The position numbers and the translations under genes are program-made. From assembly GCA_951406725.2 (NCBI GenBank), contig OX597829.1, positions 15,872,001-15,936,000 of the forward strand: DNA of 64,000 nucleotides, given 5' to 3'. The notes under the pieces were generated by a model that was not told the DNA's origin, did no database searches, and saw only the letters and a program-made list of their open reading frames with translations. This stretch comes from Octopus vulgaris (Eukaryota). Shown here one piece after another: positions 54,331-64,000 of this stretch; positions within the stretch are counted from its first letter, which is position 1, and every line of letters begins with the position of its first letter.

Positions 54331-55930
54331 TAATACACAGTATGTACTAGTGTACACTACATTTCACTGTACTGTATAATTCGAGAAAGGGAATGATAAT
54401 ATGCTGACGAACGTTTAGAGTCTAACTGACGAACGTTAAGAATATGTTGAGTCTAAACTTTAGACTCAATATATTCTAAACCGAAAAGCAGGAATCAATG
54501 ATTTCAGCAGGGGAAATTCTCTTGTGCTGCCAGGAATGATGTTGAACCTTCTAACAAATCAAGAAAATTTCTACCATAAAGAACAGGGAGCTAATTTTTA
54601 ATGTTACATTACGTAACTATGACAAATTGTTTCAGTATTAAGTTGGGCGAGGTTGTGACATTGAATCACAAAACAATTTTTCTATTACCTGTAGCAGTAA
54701 ATTGTTTTACGAAGTTGTTCACTATCATAACGATTTGTGGAGTGTTGGCAGAACGATTGCAATATTGGAAAAAAATGCTTTGCGGTATTTTCTTTTTGAC
54801 GCTTTAATTTCTGACTACAAATTCTTCCGAGGTCAGCTTTGTCTTTCATCCTCTCGGGGTCGATGAAATAAAGAACCAGTCAAGTAATGGTGTCGATGGT
54901 ATCGACTCAAACCTTCCTCTATAAATTATTCGACTTGCGCCTGAATCAGAAACTAATATTATAATTATTTGCGTTGGAATTTATAGTTTCTTCACTGCAT
55001 ATGGTTTTAATCACAGTGTTTCGTTGGGATAAAATTCTTGATTTCTATTTCGTATTTGCTATGAAATTAATCCTTTGAAACTCTAATTCAGATCAAATAT
55101 GCAAAACCAAAAAGGAAAAATAAATTTTGTTAAAAGTTTATCGCGTAAATAATGACATCGAGAAACGAAACATTAATCTACTGATTACAGCAGCACAAAT
55201 TCATTCGGAAAGTTATCATTTATTATCAATTAGAAGATTTAAAAGAATAAATGCAAAACAACAAGAGTGAAAGAACTAGAAAGCAACACAAAAATAAAAC
55301 AAAAACTAAACAATCTTGAATCAATTTAACAGATAGCTGCTCAGGTGCAACAGTCCTAACCCGTCTCCAGGTGTTAACTTTTCAAGTATCAAGCTTCCCA
55401 GTGGTTATATTTCAGGAACTCACTGGAAAAATTGCAAAGGAAAAATTAATTATAAGATCCCCTACAACGAATTTTGGTGGTTTAATGTTGAAGTACATAT
55501 ATGCATGCTTGTTTTCATGCATTGGTATACATGTGCGTATGCATGCATGTGTATGTATATATGACTATGAGTATATATAAATATACATATATATATTAAC
55601 ATGTACATATATGATATATATATATACAAACGTATACTCACACGCATTCATATATATGTTGATATAAGTTATATGTGCATACGCCTGGAGTTGTTAAAAC
55701 TCCCTACTACCACGACTAATAATGATATATATAAATAATGATTCTCGCTAGAAAATTGATTCAGTTCATGTATGACAAAATTATGGATGAAAAGACTTGA
55801 GATATACCTCTTTGGTGTAAACATGGGCGCCAGAGATTTTAGGAAATTTCAAGCCTAATTATAATATGTTGTGTATGTTGTGCGTGTGTGTGTATACACA
55901 TATTTATCCGTATATGTGCGTGTATATATT

Positions 55931-56019
<89 letters not shown>

Positions 56020-56829
56020 ATGTACATATATATATATATATATGTATGTATGTATGTATATATATGTATGTATGTATCTCTATTTATGTATGTATGTATG
56101 TATATGTATGTATGTATGTATATGTATGAATGTATGTATATATGTATTTATGTATGTATCTCTATTTATGTATGTATGTATATGTATGTATGTATGTATG
56201 TATGTGTGTGTGTATGTATGTATGTATGTATGTATGTATGTATGTATGTATGTATGTATGTATGTATGTATGTATGTATGTATGTATGTATGTATGTATG
56301 TATGTCACGTCATTGATGTATAAGATTCTTTTATTAGTCAAGAAAGTGCAGTCATATATTTTCAATATTTTGCAAGATATCTCAGCATAGATTTCGAAAA
56401 TAATTAGTAGTTAAAGATTGTTTCATTTTAAAAACTGTTGCCAAATGGAATAACATTATTTGACGCAGCTAATTATGTGTAGGAGCTGCGGTTGCCAAAA
56501 GATTCGGCTTTAACCACACAGATATATTCCATCTCTGATTAATTTTAAAATATCATGGTATATTCTTGAAGCCATTTTTACCTGTGATTGCCTCAAAAGA
56601 TCTGATTTAAGATTTGGTTCATGAAATGGCTGAGAATGTAATTTCAGATACTCACGCGCGTAGACATACATACATACATACACACACACTTTTTGATATA
56701 CACATGTATATCAACATAAGTACGTTATATGCATTCGCACACTCCCGTACGAACATATATTCATGTACACACCTGCACATATACATGCAAAGATATTTAC
56801 ACAAGAAGATTATACAGATAGATAGATAA

Positions 56830-56882
<53 letters not shown>

Positions 56883-56997
56883 GAGATGCATACATACATA
56901 CATAAAGGTATGTTTGTGTGTTTGTTTGTGTCTGTATATATGAATGTGTGTATGTATGTACGTATGTTGTATGAATATATATATATATATGTATGTA

Positions 56998-57050
<53 letters not shown>

Positions 57051-57100
57051 CAGTCATATATTTTCAATATTTTGCAAGATATCTCAGCATATGGATATGT

Positions 57101-57382
57101 GGAGGCGCAATGGCCCAGTGGTTAGGGCAGCGGACTCGCGGTTGTAGGATCGCGGTTTCGATTCCCAGACCGGGCGTTGTGAGTGTTTATTGAGCGAAAA
57201 CACCTAAAGCTCCACGAGGCTCCGGCAGGGGGTGGTGGTGATCCCTGCTGTACTCTTTCGCCACAACTTCCTCTCACTCTTTCTGTTGGCCTGCTCGCTT
57301 AGCCAGCGGGTTGGCGTCATTTAAAGACTAAAACAATGCGAAGCGCATTGTCACACATCTGATAGCCTGGTCGGTCACGTGT
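57101..57382 (+). mobile_element. tRNA-derived CORE-like SINE family C, tail type 1
   Basis: Head GGAGGCGCAATGGCCCAGTGGTTAGGGCAGCGGACTCGCG, B-box GGTTTCGATTCCC, GTGTTTATTGAGCGAAAACACCTAAAGCTCCAC; tail ends GGTCGGTCACGTG. Confidence 0.85.
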
Positions 57383-57637
57383 ACTCTTAACATCACTTCC
57401 ATGTTGAATCAGCGGGAAACATTTTGCAAAAGTACCTACTACGTTATTTGCTACCATTGCAGTGATTCATTATCTGTTATGTTCTTCAATCCTCGTACCT
57501 GTAGCTGAAAACAGAACGATGATCTTTGATGTTTTATAGATGTTTCTAAAAATATTCCAAGATGGATATCCGTATGTGCTTGTGTTTATTTCGGTTCTAA
57601 ATCCCCTGGTTTTATCTTTTAAATAAATCTAGTGGTT

Positions 57638-58268
57638 AGGCGTGTGTGTGGTAAGAAGCGTGCTTCCCAACCACGTGGTTCCGGGTTCAGTCCCACTGCG
57701 TGACACCTTGGGTAAGTGTCTTCCACTATAGTTTCGGGTTGACCAAAGCCCTTGTGAGTGGATTCGATACACGGAGACTCTGTATGTGTGTGGGGGGGTC
57801 CCTTTTCTATGTTTGTCCACTGCCATAGATTGACAACCGGTGTTGGTGCCCTTTCGTCTCCGTAACTTGGCGGTTCGGCAAAAAGAAACCAATAGAATAA
57901 GTACTAAGCTTAACAAAAATAAGCGCTGATGTCGATTCATACGACAAAAAACTGAAAAAGCTTGTGTGAGTGCGCGTGCGCGTCTGTGTTCGTGTATGTG
58001 TGTCTGTGTGTATGAATGTATGTGTGTATGTATGTATGTATATGGAATGTGTCTTTGTGTCTGTGTTTGTTCCCCACCACCACTTGACAACCGGTGTTGT
58101 TGTATTTACGTTCCCGTAACTTAGTGATTCATCAAAAGAACCGATAAAATAAATACTAGGCTTTACAAAAAGAATAAGTACTGTGGTCGATTTGTTCGAC
58201 TAAAATTCTTCGTGGTTGTGCACCAGCATGGCCGCAGTCTAATGGCTAAAACAAGTAAAAGATAAAAG
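57638..58268 (+). mobile_element. Family A SINE with duplicated 3' portion
   Basis: Head at 57638; TTGACAACCGGTGTTG segment present twice (57830 and 58084). Confidence 0.8.
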
Positions 58269-59699
58269 TTATGTGCTAAGGTACTAAAAAAAAACAATGA
58301 CATTAATGTGGAACGCAAATTCCTTCGTGGAATTCCTTCGTTTAAAGAGCTATTAGAAATATTCACAATACTGAAAATAATTGGATCTGGGAACATTTTC
58401 TGTTGATATAAGAATGGAATTTGGCCAAAAGAAATATTTATATTGGTATGTAGGAGAACTGCTTCCAAATCCAGAAATTTTTTACATGAATGATCTCTCT
58501 ATATATCTGTCTATCTCTCCTGTTCCACAAGAATACAAGTATCTAAATATTGGCAAATTTATTGAGCAAGGGTTGTGAACAAAGATAGATCGACTGAAGA
58601 ATATTGTGCCAGACTTTTAAAAAGTTGATAGCAGAAAGGTTTTCTTTCACAAAACAATGTCTTATATCGCATTTTCAGTAACAAAACAAGTTATCAGCAG
58701 CTGGGATATCTGACTGATTTACGGAGGAAATACACATCATAGATATTAAAATCTGCAAGATCTTTGCATATAAGGGCACGTGGCCTAGCGAATAGGGGTA
58801 TAGCAGTTTTGATCCTCAAACTGGTTGCGCGTTATGTTATCTTCGTTTCAAATTGCTCCAGTTCGCTGAGCTGTAAATGGATCCACCTCATGATGGACTA
58901 ACCTTCCGCTCGCCTAGCCATAGCGATAGTATCATTTAAAAGCTAAAACGATTCGAAATGCATCGTGACTAGTGATGTATAACAATATTCCATACCTGGT
59001 CGATACTGTGATACTGTGAAACTCCTTACATAACTGTAAGCTTTCATATGAACAGTGATATTGTCAGTTCTATATCAAGAGGAAAGATTAGCGTAAACTT
59101 TGAGTGTTGTGTAGTATCACACAATGAGTCTTAAACATCAGCCATCAAAACATTAACTAAACTCTCTCAAAAAGGGAGAGAATAACGTCCTAGAATAGTG
59201 AACTCAAGAAGGGCTCACTTCCAGATGACCCTCTACGTGACCACAGATTTTCAGGACTTGAGCATTTCAACAAAGCCTTGGAGAAGTAACATTGCATTCC
59301 ACATAAATGTTGTACAAGGGTACGTTTCCATTAACTTGAGGATGATGATTATATAGGTTTCAAATTTTGGCACAAGGTCAGCTATTTAGGGGGCGGGGTT
59401 GAGTTGAATACGTCGATCCCAGTGGTACTTATTTTATCGACCCCTAAAAGGATGAAAGGTAAAGTCAACCCTGGCAGCAAATGAACTCAGAAATTTAAAG
59501 CCAGGAAAAATGTCGTTAAGCATTTTGTCCGGCACCGTAACAACTCTGCCAGCCTTAAACGACAATAACGATAATATTAACATTACCTGTACTTTCTCTT
59601 GGGCCTGGGACCGTTACATCAAGTCACGTTTCTAAGATTATGCTTTTGTAATTCAAGAGAATCAGATAACTACAATATATTTAATGATTAAAAGAGACA

Positions 59700-59885
59700 G
59701 TGAAACCCTTAAACGCCCAAGATGTAACCGAAAATATCGATTATGTCACATTTCTACGAAACACATTACACATGTGATCAGCAGCTGCCACAAAATATCA
59801 GCATGATTCCTCCTTCCACTGCGGCATGATGCTGTTGCTAAAGCAATATACAGAGCATTTCGTAAGAAAGGTTACTCTACAATAA
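59700..59885 (+). pseudogene. R4/Dong-like LINE remnant (CCHC-RHD region)
   Basis: HVISSCHKISA*FLLPLRHDAVAKAIYRAFRKK. Confidence 0.65.
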
Positions 59886-59909
59886 ATATAGGCAATTCCT
59901 ATATACAAA

Positions 59910-60322
59910 GGCGGCGAGCTGGCAGAAACGTTAGCACGCCGGGCGAAATGCTTAGCGGTATTTTGTCTGCCGTAACGTTCTGGGTTCAAATTCCACCGAG
60001 GTCGATTTTGCCTTTCATCCTTTCGGGGTCGATAAATTAAGTACCAGTTACGCACTGGAGTCAAGGTAATAGATTTAACCCGTTTGTCTGTCCTTGTTTG
60101 TCCTCTCTATGTTTAGCCCCTTGTGGGTAGTAAAGAAATAGGTATTTCGTCTGCCGTTACGTTCTGAGTTCAAATTCCGCCGAGGTCGACTTTGCCTTTC
60201 ATCCTTTCGGGGTCGATAAATTAAGTGCCAGTTACGCACTGCGGTGGATATAATCGACTTAATCCGTTTGTCTGTCCTTGTTTGTCCCCTCTATGTTTAG
60301 CCCCTTGTGGGTAATAGAGAAA
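59910..60322 (+). mobile_element. tRNA-derived Meta-domain SINE (family B), dimeric
   Basis: Head GGCGGCGAGCTGGCAGAA, B-box GTTCAAATTCC, Meta-like GCCTTTCATCCTTTCGGGGTCGATAAATTAAGTACCAG; 20-bp TSD AATATAGGCAATTCCTATAT (59885-59904 and 60326-60345). Confidence 0.9.
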
Positions 60323-60462
60323 CATAATATAGGCAATTCCTATATTATTGAATACTTACATATCATTACAAGAAATATTGCAGGCATATTACCTTCAGAA
60401 CTTTTTAAAAAGTGCAAATATATAACATACGCTGGAGACTTAAAAGAAGTTAGTTGCTCAGC

Positions 60463-61142
60463 AGGCGTAGGTGTGTGGTAAGAAGCTTGCTTCCCAACCA
60501 CATGGTTCCAGGTTCAGTACCACTGCGTGGTACCTTAGGAAAATATCTTCAATTTTAGCTTGGCCTTGTGAGTGGACTTGGTCGACAGAAACACGTAGTT
60601 TGTGTGTGCGTGTGTGTGTGTGTGTAGATTTGTATGTTTTGTTTTGTGTATGTATTCTCATGCATACAGCTGCATGTTTAGACAGAAACTGATTGTATGC
60701 ACGTATTTATATGTATGTATGTATGTATGCATGTATGCATGTATGTATGTATGTATGTATGTGTGTATGTATGTGTGTATTTGTGTATGTATGTATGTAT
60801 GCATGCATGCATGCATGTATGTATGTATGTGTGTGTATATGTATGTATGTATGTATGTGTGTATGTGTGTATGTATGTATGTGTGTATGTGTGTATGTAT
60901 GTATGTATTTATGTATGTATGTATGCATGCATGCATATGTGTATGCAATTATGTATGTGTATTTATGTTTGTGTCTCGCTGTCTGTGTTTGTCCTCTCAC
61001 CACTGATTTACAACCAATTCCGCAAAAGAAAACGATAGAATAAAAGAAGCAGTACTGGAGTCGATTCATTCAACTACAAATTCTTCAAGGTGGTGGCCTC
61101 GCATGGCCGCAGTCTACTGACTGAAACAAGTGAAAGATAAGA
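60463..61142 (+). mobile_element. Family A SINE with expanded internal (TATG)n
   Basis: Same consensus at both ends. Confidence 0.8.
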
Positions 61143-61399
61143 AAAAAAAAATTTTAAATCCCTCCTAAAATCAACAAAAAGCAGGATATTTATGGACAAG
61201 AGCTTCGAAACCAGCAGCTTCTATTCTCTGATTATAAATTCACCAATAATATTGTACCAATAATCATTGGTATGTTTGGTTAGGCTAGTAAATATTTAGG
61301 CGGCAGTCTCTTTGCAGGTACAATCTATCAGCGAAAGAGAAAAATATTCAAGGTTTAATATGTAATTCTTCAGTGTTTATTGCTTTCTTTTCTTTTTTA

Positions 61400-61790
61400 T
61401 CCTGTTGCTCCCTCTCATGAGACATGACATTGTTGCCAGAAAATATTTATAACGCTATCTGCATGAAAGATTGTCCTGAAAGACAACAAATATGCAGCAA
61501 AACCAAAATTATCATACCTATACAAAATAAGATCTGCTGGTGGAACATTCCAATAAAATCAACATCCCGAAGCAGCAGATCTGATATTGTTCTACAGAAT
61601 AAGGAACAAAAGCCATGCATAGTTAAAGGACCGGGTGTACAGGTTATGTGAAAGTATCGCCAGAAATTTTGGAAAAAAAAAATATCTGTGGTGAAAGTAT
61701 TCGACAGGAAATTTGCAGCTCTTATATCTGGGCTAAAGATTTTTCATTAGAACAATTATATTAGTATTAGTAGTGAAAAAGTTTTGTAGA
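61400..61790 (+). pseudogene. R4/Dong-like LINE remnant (RHD and RLE region)
   Basis: MRHDIVA followed by CWWNIPIKST...SDIVLQNKEQKPCIV. Confidence 0.55.
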
Positions 61791-61919
61791 TTGCCTCGTT
61801 TCTCAAGCTGAGCGCCTAGAATGATCATATGCATATGGCATTCTCACACATACATAATCAAACACACATACTCGTATACAACAGAGACTTGCACAAGCAT
61901 CACATGAGTGTGAATATAT

Positions 61920-61960
<41 letters not shown>

Positions 61961-62634
61961 AAAGCACACACACACACATACACACCTAAATATTTACACA
62001 CGCTAACTTATATACTCACCTCTGGAATTATCTCTACTCAAACAAAGAATTTCTGTAAGTGAATGGGTTGAATTCATCGCAAAAGAACTTCTATAAATCT
62101 CAATGCAAAACATACATACAGGGAGATGTTTTTGTAGAAATAATCTAAGAAATCTGTCTGTTTTGGTTTATTCTGGCAATAAATTCAAGGCCATTTCTTT
62201 TACAAGGTATCCGGTGGTTATTATTTACAGCTTAGTATCTCTTATGGTTATACCACAAGAGGTACTAAACTAACCAATATTTTTTGTTGCTATTTTTTTT
62301 TTCATTTTTTTTTTTGTGTTCTAAAGGTCCACATAATGTTGAGAAACTTTTAGTAAACTCCTGAGATGATAATGAGAAGAGATTTGGACAAAGACGAAAA
62401 TAGATGGAAAGAAGCTAAAGTTCGATATTGATAGCTTTCTTTGAGTGCGGAATGGTATCGCTCAGACAGAACTTTCAATGTAACAGCAAAGAATAGATAC
62501 ATCAAGTAAGAGTCTGAAGGAGAACAACATTCTACGAGTCGCCAGTGAATTGATCAAGAAGAATCGCATCCCGATGTCTTTCCACATGATACAAGAATTA
62601 GTGAAACATTATTTACAGTAAATATTTATGTATG

Positions 62635-62800
62635 GGCACAGGCGTAGCTGTGTGGTAAGAAGCTTGCTTCCCAAACACATAGTTCCGGGTCCAGTCCCAC
62701 TGCGTGGCACCTTGGGTAAGTACCTTCTACTATAGCCTCGGGCCGACCAAAGCAACGTGAACTGATTTGGTTATCGTATGTAGAAGCTCATCGTGTGTGT

Positions 62801-62885
<85 letters not shown>

Positions 62886-63105
62886 TGTGTGTGTGTGTTT
62901 GTGTCTGGTGTTTGTCTCCTACCACTGATGGACAATCGGTGTTGGCGTCTTTATGTCCCCGTAACTTGACGGTTCGGCAAAAAAAAACGATAGAATAAAT
63001 ACCAGGCTTAACAAAAATAAGCGCAGAGGTCGATTCATTCGACTATAAATTTTTCAAGGCGTGCACCAGTATGGCCGCATTCTAATGACTGAGACAAGTA
63101 AAAGA
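62635..63105 (+). mobile_element. Family A SINE
   Basis: Same consensus with internal (TG)n. Confidence 0.85.
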
Positions 63106-63222
63106 AAAAATATAAGATAAAAGATATATAAAATTTATGCTTGAATATATTTCCTGCAAACTTGTTAGTTATAGTTTCCAGTATGGCATGATTTGTTGCT
63201 AAAACAATATACAATACCACTA

Positions 63223-63822
63223 AGGCGACGAGCTGGCAGAAACGTTAGTACGCCGGGCGAAATGCTTAGCGATATTTCGTCTGCCGCTACGTTCTGTGTT
63301 CAAATTCCACCGAGGTCGACTTTGTCGATTAAATAAGTACCAGTTACGCACAGAGGTCGATATAATCGACTTAATCCGTTTGTCCGTCCTTGTTTGTCCC
63401 CTCTGTGTTTAGCTCCTTGTGGGTAGTAAAGAAACAGATATTTCGTCTGTCTTAACGTTCTGAGTTCAAATTCCGCGGAGGACGACTTTACTTTTCATCT
63501 TTTCGGGGTCGATAAACTAAGAACCAGTTATGCACTGGAGTCAATATAATCAACTTAATCCCTTTGTCTGAACTTGTTTGTCCCCTCTATGTTTAGCCCC
63601 TTGTGGGCAATAAAGAAATAAGAAACGTTAGCACGCCGGGCGAAATGCGTAGCCGTATTTCGTCTGCCGCTACGTTCTGTGTTCAAATTCTGCCGAGGTC
63701 GACTTTGCCTTTTATCCTTTATGGTTCGATAAATTAAGTACCAGTTGCGTACTGAGGTTGATCTAATCGATTGGACCCCTCCCAAAACATTTAGGGTCTT
63801 GTGCGTAGAGTAGAAAAGAATA
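63223..63822 (+). mobile_element. Family B SINE, three tandem units
   Basis: Three bodies; the third ends in a different tail (GGACCCCTCCCAAAACATTTAGGGTCTTGTGCGTAGAGTAGAAAAGAATA) like the one at 110-160. Confidence 0.88.
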
Positions 63823-64000
63823 TACAATACCTCGTAGAAAAACTGCTCTGAGATAAATACTGAAAATATTGTTGATACTGAATACGTATTAATGTTTTAA
63901 CACAAGGAATACTAGTGGAGATCCTTTTCAAAACTTCTGCATGAACATGGTAACTCAAAGTGCTGGAAATAGCAGGCAAATTTTCCGCAAATGATATTCT

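Noticed and set aside
57101-57175. tRNA-like sequence with A and B boxes (also 24370-24441, 27649, 38521, 53403)
   Set aside because: These are SINE heads that continue into SINE bodies and lack a proper acceptor stem; not tRNA genes.

Overview
A very repeat-dense, AT-rich metazoan genomic window. The SINE repertoire and extreme microsatellite load suggest a coleoid cephalopod, most likely Octopus (inference). I found no convincing host protein-coding gene; almost all listed ORFs are translated microsatellites. Real coding content is all transposon-derived: three Tx1-clade (L1 superfamily) LINE copies on the minus strand (two near full length, one 5'-truncated), each bordered on both sides by (GATA)n; further Tx1 remnants; a 5'-truncated RTE; R4/Dong-like RLE fragments; Penelope-like (PLE) GIY-YIG remnants; a decayed Tc1/mariner; a hAT MITE; a non-autonomous Helitron; and at least four tRNA-derived SINE families. 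Three signals stand out. (1) A Tx1 family appears to target GATA microsatellites; one copy sits inside the GATA tail of an RTE, as shown by a 12-bp target-site duplication (TSD) spanning 6.9 kb. (2) A Meta-domain SINE shares its 3' end with these Tx1 LINEs. (3) About ten hammerhead-ribozyme motifs, intact to degenerate, lie in non-coding inverted-repeat or fold-back modules, mostly within (TA)n tracts. All motifs and identities were read by eye; family names and novelty need database confirmation.
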